Shown here: positions 15,001-27,000 of the stretch, piece after piece | How the letters are laid out: every line of letters begins with the position of its first letter | How positions within the stretch are numbered: the first letter of the stretch is position 1 | Origin: Dehalococcoidia bacterium | GTDB taxonomy: Bacteria > Chloroflexota > Dehalococcoidia > UBA2979 | DNA length: 64,000 bases | Reading direction: 5' to 3' | Assembly: GCA_963667465.2 (NCBI GenBank) | Contig: CAXXDN010000002.1 | Span: 768,001 to 832,000 of the forward strand | Translations under genes and position numbers: made by a program | Notes under the pieces: generated by a model | What the model saw: only the letters and a program-made list of their open reading frames with translations | Databases searched by the model: none | Told to the model about the DNA's origin: nothing

Positions 15001-18000
15001 CCGGCGAGCCGTTCGGCACCGACACCTCGATCGTGACGGCCCTGTCCGATTTGCCCGACAGCGTCGCCGTGACCGTGCTCTCGTTGTCGTCGCCGCTCTC
15101 GTTGATCGTCGCTGGGCTCAGCGACAGGGTCGCGGTCGGCGTGGCCTCGTCGTCGGTCACCGTCACCGCGACGCTGCCCACCGACTGGCTGTCGTAGTCG
15201 TTGCCGCGCGAGCTCACCGTGTGCGTGATGCTCGTCTTGCGCTGGTCGCCCGCGTTGTCCAGGTCGTCGTCGACCGCCGTGACCGTCACCAGCTGCGCGT
15301 CCCACTCAGACGGCGTGAACGTCAGCGTCTTCGGGCTCACCGTCGCCACCGTCGTGTCCGCGCTCGCAACCGTGATCGTCACCGTGCCCGTCGGCTTCGA
15401 CGCCAGCGACACCTCGTAGGTCGCCACGTGCTCTGCCACGTCCTCGGTCGCGGTCTTGTCCACCTCGTGGACCGTCAGCCCGCCGGCCGGCACCGCAACG
15501 CCCGCCGTGTTTGTCAGCGTCACGCCGCGCTCGTCGTCGTCGGTGATGGTGCCGCTCGCCGTCTTCGTCGTGCCGAGCGTTGCGTTGGTCGGCGAGGCGA
15601 GCGTGACGGTGACCGTCTCGTTCGGCTCGTCCAGTTCGTCGCCCAGGACGGGGATCACGATGCTGCCCGTGGCCGAGCCTGCCTTGATGGTGATGGTCTT
15701 TGTCTCGGGGTCGGTGTAGTCCTCGTCCGCCGTGGCCGTGCCGCCGAGGGTGTAGTCGACGCTGACGTCCCGCCCGCTGACCGCCGACAGCGTGACCGTG
15801 AACGTCATGTTCGTCGCCGTGCCCGGGTCGTCGCCCTCCGGCACTGCCGCAGCGTTCGCGATGCTGACCGTCGGCAGCGCGTCGTCGTCGGTGATGCTGA
15901 CCTCGGCGTCGGCGATCGTCAGGCCGCTCGCCGTCGCGTGCACCGTCAGCATCTCGTCGTCCTCGTCGAGGGTGTCCTGCTTCGGCGCCAGGCTGAAGGT
16001 CTGCTCACCGCTCTTCTGGCCCGCCGAGATCGTCAGCGTCACATCGGACACTGCCGTGTAGTCCGTGTCCGAGACGGCGGTATCGCCGTCCTTGCCGACC
16101 TTCACCGCCACCGTCGTGTCGGCAGTGAACGTGACGGAGCCCGCGAGGGTCGCCGTGACCGTCACCGTCGTCGCGCTGTCCTCTTCGCCCACGCTCGGCG
16201 GGTTTACCGACAGCGCCGCCGTCGTCGGGGCGGTGTCGTCGTCGGTGATGGTGCCGGTGGCGGTCGACGTGCCGAGCGTGGCGTTCGTCGGCGAGGCGAG
16301 CGTGACCGCGAACGTCTCGGCGTCCTCGGCGATGCTGTCCTCTGTCGTCTGCACCTCGATCGTGCCGGTGGCGGAGCCGGCGGCGATGGTCAGCGTCTGG
16401 GCCGTCGTCTGGGCGGTGTAGTCCGTGTCCGCCGTCGCCTGGTTCGCGCCCTCCGCGCCGTCGTCCCCGGTCGTCCATTGCACGGTGACATCGCGGCCCG
16501 AGACCGCGCCCAGCGAGACGGTGAACTGCGCCTTCCCACCCTCCGCCACCGAGGCGTCGGCGATGCTGACCGTCGGCAGCGCGTCGTCGTCGGTGATGCT
16601 GACCTCGGCGTCGGCGATCGTCAGGCCCGTCGCGGTGGCGTGCACCGTCAGCTTCTCGTCGTCCTCGTCGAGGGTGTCCTGCTTCGGCGCCAGGCTGAAG
16701 GTCCCCTGCCCGCTCTTCTGGCCGGCCGTGATTGTCAGTGTCACATCGGACACTGCCGTGTAGTCCGTGCCCGACTCGGCCGCGTCGCCGTCCTTGCCGA
16801 CCTTCACCGTCACTGTCGTGTCGGCATCGAACGTCGTCGTGCCGCCGAGGGTCGCCGTGACCGTCACCGTCGTCGCGCTGTCCTCTTCGCCCACGCTCGA
16901 CGGGCTCACCGACAGCGAGGCCGTCGTCGGGGCGGTGTCGTCGTCGGTGATGGTGCCCGTCGCCGTCGACGGGGAGCCGAGCGTGGTGTTCGTCGGCGAG
17001 GCGAGCGTGACCGTGAAGGTCTCGTCGCTCTCGGCGATGGTGTCCTCTGTCGTCTGCACCTCGATGGTGCCGGTCCTGGAGCCGGCGGCGATGGTCAGCG
17101 TCTGGGCCGTCGTCTGCGCGGTGTAGTCCGTGTCCGCCGTCGCCTGGTTCGCGCCCTGCGCGCCGTCGTCGCCGGTCGTCCACTGCACGGTGACCTCGCG
17201 GCCTGAAACCGCGCCCAGCGTGACGGTGAACTCCGCCTTCCCGCCTTCCGCCACCGAGGCGTCAGCGATGGTCAGCTCGGGCAGCGCGTCGTCGTCGGTG
17301 ATCGTGACCTCGGCGTCGGAGATCGTCAGGCCCGTCGCCGTCGCGTGCACCGTCAGCTTCTCGTTGTCTTCGTCGAGGGTGTCCTGCGTCGGCGCCAGGC
17401 TGAACGTCCCCTGCCCGCTCTTCTGGCCGGCCGTGATCGTGATGTTGAAGCCGCTGACGCCGGTGTAGTCCGTGTCCGAGACGGCGGTGTCACCGCCCTT
17501 GCCGACCTTCACCGCCACCGTTGTGTCGGCAGCGAACGTCGTCGAGCCGCCGAGGGTTGCCGTGACCGTCACCGTCGTCGCGCTGTCCTCTTCGCCCACG
17601 CTCGAGGGGCTCACCGCCAGCGAGGCCGTCGTCGGGGCGTCGTCGTCATCGGTAATCGTCAGCGTCACCGCCTGCGGGTTCGCCACTCCGCCGCCCGACG
17701 CCGCGCCGGACACCGACACCGTCGCGTTGGGGGCGTCGACGTCGTTGTCCACCGCCGTCAGCGTCACCGTGCCCGCGCTGGTCTTTGCGCCCGCTGCGAT
17801 CGTCAGCGTCTTGTTGGCGCTGAGCGTCACCGGCGCGCCGTTCGGCACCGATACCTCGACCGTCACCTGCTCACTCGACTCGCCCGACAACGTCGCCGTC
17901 ACCGTGCTCGCATTGCCATTGCCGCTCTCATCGATCGTCGTCGGAGTCAGCGAGAGGCTCACGGTCGGCGTGCCCTCGTCGTCCGTGATCGTCAGCGTCA

Positions 18001-21000
18001 CGGCCGATGGGTCTGAGACTCCGCCGCCTGAGGCTGTGCCCGACACCGACACCGTCGTGTTGGGGGCGTCGACGTCGTTGTCGACCGCCGTCAGCGTCAC
18101 CGCGCCCGTGCTGGTCGTCGCGCCCGCTGCGATTGTCAGCGTCGTGTTGGCGCCGAGCGTCACCGGCGAGCTGTTCGGCACCGCCACCTCGATCGTGACG
18201 GCCCTGTCCGACTTGCCCGACAGCGTCGCCGTGACCGTGCTCTCGTTCGTCGCCCCGCTCTCGTCAATCGTTGAGGGAGTCAGCGCCAGGGTCGCGACCG
18301 GCGTGGCCTCGTCGTCGGTCACCGTCACCGCGACGCTGCCCACCGACTCGTCGTCGTAGTCGTTGCCACTCGAGCTCACCGTGTGCGTGATGCTCGTCTT
18401 GCGCTGGTCGCCCGCGTTGTCCAGGTCGTCGTCGACCGCCGTGACCGTCACCAGCTGCGCGTCCCACTCAGACGGCGTGAACGTCAGCGTCTCCGCGCTC
18501 ACCGTCGCCACTGTCGTGTCCGCGCTCGCAACCGTGATCGTCACCGTGCCCGTCGGCTTCGACGCCAACGACACCTCGTAGGTCGCCACGTCCTCCGCCA
18601 CGTCCGCCGTCGCGTCCTTGTCCACCTCGTGGACCGTCAGCCCGCCGGCCGGCACCGCCACGCCCGCCGGGTTCGTCAGCGTCACGCCGCGCTCGTCGTC
18701 GTCGCTGATCGTACCGCTCGCCGCGTTCGGCTTGCCGAGCGTGGCGTTGGTGGGGTTCGTCAGCGTGACCATGACGGTCTCGTTCGGCTCGTCCAGTTCG
18801 TCGCCCAGGACGGGGATGCTGATGGAGCCGGCCTCGTCGCCCGCATCGATAGTGATGGTCTTCGTCTCGGGGTCCGTGTAGTCCTCGTCCGCCGTGGCCG
18901 TGCCGCCGAGGGTGTAGTCGACGCTGACGTCCCGCCCGCTGGCGGCCGACAGCGTGACCGCGAACGTCATGTTCGTCGCCGTGCCCGGGTCGTCGCCCTC
19001 CGCCACCGCCGCAGCGTTCGCGATGCTGACCGTCGGCAGCGCGTCGTCGTCGGTGATGCTGACCTCGGCGTCGGCGATCGTCAGGCCCGTCGCGGTGGCG
19101 TGCACCGTCAGCTTCTCGTCGTCCTCGTCGAGGGTGTCCTGCTTCGGCGCCAGGCTGAAGGTCTGCTCACCGCTCTTCTGGCCGGCTGAGATCGTTAGCG
19201 TCACATCGGACACTGCCGTGTAGTCCGTGCCTGACTCCGCCGCGTCGCCGTCCTCGCCGACCTTCACCGTCACTGTCGTGTCGGCATCGAACGTCGTCGT
19301 GCCGCCGAGGGTCGCCGTGACCGTCACCGTCGTCGCGCTGTCCTCTTCGCCCACGCTCGGCGGGTTTACCGACAGCGCCGCCGTCGTCGGGGCCGTGTCG
19401 TCGTCGGTGATGGTGCCGGTGGCCGTCGACGAGGAGCCGAGCGTGGCGTTCGTCGGCGAGGCGAGCGTGACCGTGAACGTCTCGGCGTCCTCGGCGATGC
19501 TGTCCTCGGTCGTCTGCACCTCGATCGTGCCGGTCCTGGAGCCAGACTTGATGGTCAGCGTCTGGGCCGTCGTCTGGGCGGTGTAGTCCGTGTCCGCCGT
19601 CGCCTGGTTCGCGCCGTCCGCGCCGTCGTCGCCGGTCGTCCACTGCACGGTGACGTCGCGGCCTGAAACCGCGCCCAGCGTGACGGTGAACTCCGCCTTC
19701 CCGCCTTCCGCCACCGAGGCGTCGGCGATGGTCAGCTCGGGCAGCGCGTCGTCGTCGGTGATCGTGACCTCGGCGTCGGAGATCGTCAGGTCCGTCGCCG
19801 TCGCGTGCACCGTCAGCTTCTCGTCGGCCTCGTCGAGGGTGTCCTGCATCGGCGCCAGGCTGAAGGTCCCTTGCCCGCTCTTCTGGCCGGCCGTGATTGT
19901 CAGCGTCACATCGGACACTGCCGTGTAGTCCGTGTCCGAGACGGCGGTATCGCCGGTCTTGCCGACCTTCACCGTCACCGTCGTGTTGGCATCGAACGTG
20001 ACCGAGCCCGCGAGGGTCGCCGTGACCGTCACCGTCGTCGCGCCGGCGCCCTCCGCCACGCTCGAGGGGCTCACCGACAGCGAAGCCGTCGTCGGGGCCG
20101 TGTCGTCGTCGGTGATGGTGCCGGTGGCGGTCGACGTGCCGAGCGTGGCGTTGGTCGGCGAGGCGAGCGTGACGGTGAAGGTCTCGTCGCCCTCGGCGAT
20201 GCTGTCCTCGGTCGTCTGCACCTCGATCGTGCCGGTCCTGGAGCCGGCGGCGATGGTCAGCGTCGCGGCGCTGCTCTGGGCGGTGTAGTCCGTGTCCGCC
20301 GTCGCTTGGCTCGCGCCCTGCGCGCCGTCGTCGCCGGTCGTCCACTGCACGGTGACATCGCGGCCCGAGACCTCGCCCAGCGAGACGGTGAACTGCGCCT
20401 TCCCGCCTTCGGCCACCGAGGCGTTGGCGATCGTCAGCTCGGGCAGCGCGTCGTCGTCGGTGATCGTGACCTCGGCGTCGGCGATGGTCAGGTCCGTCGC
20501 CGTGGCGTGCACCGTCAGCTTCTCGTCGGCCTCGTCGAGGGTGTCCTGCAGCGGCGCCAGGCTGAAGGTCCCCTGCCCGCTCTTCTGGCCGGCCGTGATC
20601 GTCAGCGTCACATCGGACACTGCCGTGTAGTCCGTGCCCGACTCGGCCGCGTCGCCGTCCTTGCCGACCTTCACCGTCACCGTCGTGTCGGCAGCGAACG
20701 TGACCGAGCCCGCGAGGGTCGCCGTGACCGTCACCGTCGTCGCGCCGGCGCCCTCCGCCACGCTCGAGGGGCTCACCGACAGCGCCGCCGTCGTCGGGGC
20801 GTCGTCGTCATCGGTAATCGTCAGCGTCACCGGCGATGGGCTGGAGACTCCGCCGCCCGAGGCTGCGCCCGACACCGTCACCGTCGCGTTGGGGGCGTCG
20901 ACGTCGTTGTCCACCGCCGTCAGCGTCACCGTGCCCGTGCTGCTCTTTGCGCCAGCCGCGATCGTCAGCGTCTTGTTGGCGCTGAGCGTCACCGGCGACT

Positions 21001-24000
21001 GAGCGGGGACCGATACCTCGACCGTCACCTGCTCACTCGACTCGCCCGACAACGTCGCCGTCACCGTGCTCGCATTGCCATTGCCGCTCTCATTGATCGT
21101 CGTCGGACTCAGCGACAGGGTCACGGTCGGCGTGTCCTCGTCATCGGTGATGGTCAGCGTCACCGGCGACGGGTTCGCGACTCCGCCGCCCGAGGCTGCG
21201 CCGGATACCGTCACCGTCGCGTTGGGGGCGTCGACGTCGTTGTCCACCGCCGTCAGCGTCACCGTGCCTGTGCTGGTCTTTGCGCCCGCCGCGATCGTCA
21301 GCGTCTTGTTGGTGGTGAGCGTCACCGGCGAGCCGTTCGGTACCGATACCTCGACCGTCACCTGCTCACTCGACGCCACGGACAGCGTCGCCGTCACCGT
21401 GCTCTCGTTGTCGTCGCCGCTCTCATCGATCGTTGAGGGAGTCAGCGCCAGGCTCACGGTCGGCGTGCCCTCGTCGTCCGTGATCGTCAGCGTCACGGCC
21501 GATGGGTCTGAGACTCCGCCGCCCGTGGCTGTGCCGGACACCGACACCGTCGCGTTGGGGGCGTCGACGTCGTTGTCCACCGCCGTCAGCGTCACCGTGC
21601 CCGCGCTGGTCGTTGTGCCCGCCGCGATCGTCAGCGTCTTGTTGGTGCTGAGCGTCACCGGCGAGCCGTTCGGCACCGACACCTCGATCGTGACGGCCCT
21701 GTCCGACTTGCCCGACAGCGTCGCCGTGACCGTGCTCGCGTTGCCATTGCCGCTCTCATTGATCGTCGCTGGGCTCAGCACCAGGGTCGCGGTCGGCGTG
21801 GCCTCGTCGTCGGTCACCGTCACCGCCACGCTGCCCACCGACTCGCCGTCGTAGTCGTTGCCACTCGAGCTCACCGTGTGCGTGATGCTCGTCTTGCGCT
21901 GGTCGCCTGCGTTGTCCACGTCGTCGTCGACCGCCGTCACGGTCACCGTCTGCGCGGCCCAGTTCGACGGCGTGAATGTCAGCGTCTTCGCGCTCACCGT
22001 CGCCACCGTCGGGTCCGCGCTCCCAACCGTGATCGTCACCGTGCCTGTCGGCTTCGACGCCAGCGACACCTCGTAGGTCGCCAAGTGCTCTGCCACGTCC
22101 TCGGTCGCGGTCTTGTCCACCTCGTGGACCGTCAGCCCGCCGGCCGGCACCGCCACGCCCGCCGGGTTCGTCAGCGTCACGCCGCGCTCGTCGTCGTCGC
22201 TGATCGTGCCGCTCGCCGTCTTCGTCGTGCCGAGCGTTGCATTGGCGGGGCTCGTCAGCGTGACCGTGACGGTCTCGTTCGGCTCGTCCAGTTCGTCACC
22301 CAGGACGGGGATCACGATGCTGCCCGTGGCCGAGCCTGCCTTGATGGTGATGGTCTTCGTCTCGGGGTCCGTGTAGTCCTCGTCCGCCGTGGCCGTGCCG
22401 CCGAGGGTGTAGTCGACACTGACGTCCCGCCCGCTGGCCGCCGACAGCGTGACCGCGAACGTCATGTTCGTCGCCGTGCCCGGGTCGTCGCCCTCCGGCA
22501 CTGCCGTCGCGTCCGCGATGGTGACCGTCGGCAGCGCGTCGTCGTCGGTGATCGTGACCTCGGCGTCGGAGATGGTCAGGCCCGTCGCTGTGGCGTGCAC
22601 CGTCAGCTTCTCGTCGTCCTCGTCGAGGGTGTCCTGCTTCGGCGCCAGGCTGAAGGTCTTCTCACCGCTCAACTCGCCGGCTGAGATCGTTAGCGTCACA
22701 TCGGACACTGCCGTGTAGTCCGTGCCCGACTCGGCCGCGTCGCCGGCTTTGCCGACCTTCACCGTCACCGTCGTGTCGGTGGCGAAGGTGATGGCCTTCG
22801 TGATGGTGGTCTCTGTCGGCGGGTCGACCGTTGTGTCCCGTACGACCTCCGTGATCGCATCGAGGGTCGCCGTGACCGTCACCGTCGTGGCGCCGGCGCC
22901 CTCCGCCACGCTCGAGGGGCTCACCGACAGCGAGGCCGTCGTCGGGGCCGTGTCGTCGTCGGTGATGGTGCCGGTGGCGGTCTTCGGCGTGCCGAGCGTC
23001 GCGTTCGTCGGCGAGGCGAGCGTGACGATGATCGTCTCACCGGGGTCGTGCACGAGGTCGCCGAGGACGGGGACCACGATCTTGCCCTCCGTCTCGCCCG
23101 CCGCGATGGTGACGGTCTTCGGGGCGGGGTCGATGTAGTCCTCGCCTGCCGTGGCCGCACCGCCGAGGGTGTAGCTCACCGACGTGGCCCGCTGGCTCGC
23201 CGCCGACAGCGTCACCGTGAAGGTCATGTCCGTCGCCGTGCTGGGGTCGTCGCCCTCCAGCACGGCCGACGCGTTCGCGATGGTGACCGCCGGCGAGGCG
23301 TCGTCGTCGGTGATCGTGCCCGTGGCCTCCGTCTCGCCCGCGGTGCTGGAGAGCGTGGCGTTCGTGGGGTTGGTCAGCGTGAGGATGATGGTCTCGTCGT
23401 CCTCGTCCACCACGTCGCCGAGCACGGGGACGACGATGCTGCCCGTCGCCTCGCCCGCGGCGATGGTGATGGTCTTCGTCGCGGGGTCGGTGTAGTCCTC
23501 GCCTGCCGTGGCCGTGCCGCCGAGGGTGTACTCGATGGTGGCGGCCTGCCCGCTGGCCGCCGCGAGCGTGACGGTGAAGGTCATGTCCGTCGCCGTGTTG
23601 GGGTCGTTGCCCTCCAGCACCGCCGAGGCGTTACTCACCGAGACCGCCGGCGCGTCGTCGTCGTCCGTGATCGTGCCCGTGGCCTCGGCCGGCGATCCGA
23701 GCGTGGCGTTGGTGGGCGAGGTGAGCGTGACGACGATGGTCTCCGCGACCTCGTCCACCACGTCGCCGAGGACGGCGATGACGATGCTGCCCTCCGTCTT
23801 GCCCGCCTCGATGGTGATGCTCTTCGTCGCGGGGTCGGTGTAGTCCTCGCCCGCCGTGGCCGTGCCGCCGAGGGTGTACTCGATGGTGGCGTCCTGCTCG
23901 CTCGCGGCCGCGAGCGTGACGGTGAAGGTCATGTCCGTCGCCGTGTTGGGGTCGTTGCCCTCCAGCACCGCCGAGGCGTCGGCGATGGTCACCGCCGGCC

Positions 24001-27000
24001 CGTCGTCGTCGTCGGTGATCGTGCCCATGGCCTCGGTGTCGCCGGCGGTGGTGGAGAGCGTGGCGTTGGTGGGGTTGCTCAGCGTGACCGTGATGGTTTC
24101 GTTGGGCTCGTCCACGACGTCGCCGAGCACGGGGACGACGATGCTGCCCGTCGCCTCGCCCGCGGCGATGGTGACGGTCTTCGTCGCGGGGTCGGTGTAG
24201 TCGCTGCCCGCCGTGGCCGTGCCGCCGAGGGTGTAGTCGACCGTGATCTCCCGCGAACTGGCCGCCGAGAGCGTGACGGTGAACGTCATGTCCGTCGCCG
24301 TCTTGGGGTCGTTGCCCTCAGCCACGGCCGTCGCATCGCCCACCGACACCGTCGGCGCCTCGTCGTCGTCCTTGATGGTGCCCTTGACGCTCCCAACCCC
24401 AGGAGTGACGAGGTTGTCGGGGCCGTCGAACGTGATGATAAACGTCTCGTCCTCCTCGTCGATGAGATCCTGCGTCGTCTGCACTGTGAGCACGATCTCA
24501 TCTCCTATAGCGCCTTCTCCCTTCTCGATGGTGAGGACCTGATCCGTGACTTGCGTGTAGTCGACGCCCGCCACGGCCTGGTTGGCGCCGTCCTTCGGGC
24601 CATCCGCGGTGGACCACGTCAGTTCATAGTCCCTCGGCGCACCGCCGAGGATGAAGAACATAAACTCGACGTCGTCCCCCTCTGTTGGTTTATTCGGACC
24701 GCCAAAGTTCAGCGTCGCATCGATGTTGAGCACCTTGACGGCGACGTCGTCCGCCTCCACGGAGCCGTAGTCAGCGCCCGTGACCTCGTGCTTGATGGTG
24801 ATGGTTCGGTCGCGTTCGGCAGTCCTGATGTGCTTCTTGTGGAGCACAACGGTCTGGGGCTTGTTCCAGTTCTTCGTGGTGAACGTGAGCGTGTTGTTCG
24901 GCAGGAGAACCAAGTCCCCATCCGAGTCTCGCCCGCTGCCGACGAGAAGGTTGTCACTGTTTTGGATGCCCGTCAGCTTGACGGAGACGGGGCCGGTGGG
25001 CTCGGAGGTGAGGACGACGGTGTACTCGACGTCCACCGGATCGGTGGGCAGCGACTCGACGAGCGTCAGCTCGGTCGGGGTGATGAGGATGCCCTTCTGG
25101 TCGTCGTCGGTGACGGAGACGGGCACCTCGAACTGCTGCGTCTCGAGGTAGCCGCCGCCCTTCACGGTGATCACGATCACGCCCTCGCGCTTCGGCGGGT
25201 CGTTCGCGATCTCGTCGTCCACGGCGGTCACGGTGACCTCGTGCCTCGCGTTGCGGTTGGCGAAGGTGTAGGTCAGCTCGGTGGTGGCGTCGGCGCCGTC
25301 GTCCTGCGGGTCGTCCGGGTTGCCCTTCGTGCGCTGGAGCGTGTAGGCGGGGGCGACCTCCTTCGCGCTGAGGGTGATGACGACCTCCTCGCCCTCGCGG
25401 ATGCTGCCCGCCGCCGGGTAGACGGTCAGGACGGCCGACCCGGGCGCCTCGGTCGTGGTGTCGCCATCCGTGGTGACGACCTTCTCGGCGATGGCGATGG
25501 TCGCCGGCTCGATGTGGAGCGGGCGCTCCTCGACGGTCACGGAGATGGAGGCGGTGGCCCGGTTGCCGTCCTCGTCGGTGACGTGCAGCAGCAGGTCGTA
25601 CTTGTTGTCCGTGCCGGCGTCCTTCGGGGCGGCGCGGTGGAGCGCCGGCACGCTGATGACGCCGGTGATCGGGTGGATCTTGAAGTGGCTGGCGTCCGCG
25701 CCGGCGAGGGAGAAGAAGACCGGCTTGTCCGGCGGCTGAACGCTGACCTTCGGCCGGGAGAGGTCGTACGCAAACCCCTCGGGCTTGCTCACGTCGCCCG
25801 GCGTCTCGCTGAACGCGACGGAGCGCGTGCCTGTGTCGCGGATGGTCACGAGCGAGACGTGGAGTTCATAGCCCGGGTGAGAGTACTGGGTGTCCAGCTT
25901 GCCCAGGCCGTCGGCCCGGGCGACGAGGCCGAAGACCCAGTCACCATCGGCCTTCCCGTTGTCGAGGGTGCTGATGGTGATCGACTTGCTGATCTCGCCT
26001 TCCGGGATGGTTACGTTGTTGCCGCCGGGGTGGACGTAGTGGACGCCGGCAGTTGCCTGGTTGGGGACGCCGAGGCTCACAAGAAACCAGGACACGATAG
26101 TGTCCGTCCGCAGCGGCTGATCGAAGCGGAAGGTCAGCGTCGCCGCGTCCCCCTCGTCCACGGTCACATCGGGCACGACGTAGAGCGTGGGGCGGTCCTC
26201 GGGGATCTTGACCCGCACCGCGTCCTGCGGCGTGTGAATGGCGATGCCGTTGCTCTCGTTCACGAGCTCGAGGACGAAGCTCTCCGCCTCCTCGTACACG
26301 ATGTCGTCGAGGACCGAGATCGGCACATCCACGTGGGACTGGCCGGCGGGGATGATGACCTGACTGGCGCCCGCATACGCGAAGTCCACGCCCGGTTCGG
26401 CGGTCTCGGTGCGGGTGATGATGGACACCGTCTGCAGGGTCGCCACGGGCTCGCTGGTGGAGACGCGGAGCATGGCGCCCGCGCCCTCCTGCACGCTCTT
26501 GTACTTGAGGCCGTCGTCGTCGGTCCCGCCGGCCGGGCTGTCCGGGGCGAAGTCGAGCGACACCTTGTTGCTGTCGTCATCGACGATGGTGAAGGTGAGC
26601 TCGAAGTTTATGAAGTCCGGGAGAGCGGTGCGCCGCAGCGTCGTCGGCGCGCTGATGAACTCGACCTGGACGGTGAAGGACTCGTCCTTCTCCTTCCGCG
26701 TGTCCTGGGGGATGGCGAGGGGAATCGTCAGCTCCCACACGCCGGACTCCCAGTCCTGATAGAGCGGCCACAGCACCTCTTGCCGCGTCTGGCACTGGAG
26801 GGAACGGTTGGCTTCGAAGCGCCGTGCCTGGAACAGCACGTCGGCCGCATTGCTACTGGCGATGTCGAACGCGCCCGCGTTGACGGCTACGGTGCTCTCC
26901 GGGTGCACGGTCGCGGAGCGGCCGCCGGTTGCCATCTCGCGGAAGCACGAGAGCGTCCGTAGCCCCTCGTGGTAGGCGACTTCGTCCTGCGGGATTGGCG

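Larger units (their letters stand above)
1820..22960 (-). repeat. Intragenic hierarchical tandem array of ~60 modules of ~330-420 nt (five types A-E) forming six super-repeats
   Basis: The type D module recurs (shadow-ORF landmarks 5298, 8853, 11643, 15201, 18363, 21858; spacings 3555, 2790, 3558, 3162, 3495 nt, all multiples of 3). Manual count: about 18 B, 11 A, 19 C, 6 D, 6 E. Boundaries approximate. Confidence 0.9.

Noticed and set aside
1820-22960. Regularly recurring short motifs (e.g. GTGTAGTCCGTG, TCGTCGTCGGTGAT) as a CRISPR-like or non-coding array
   Set aside because: They encode TDYT and ITDDD of the protein modules; the intervening sequence is also repeated, the period is ~350 nt, and no cas genes are present.
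1820-22960. Diversity-generating retroelement or invertase shufflon behind the repeat variation
   Set aside because: No reverse transcriptase or intact recombinase in the window; differences did not look adenine-specific by eye; all copies are direct and in frame.
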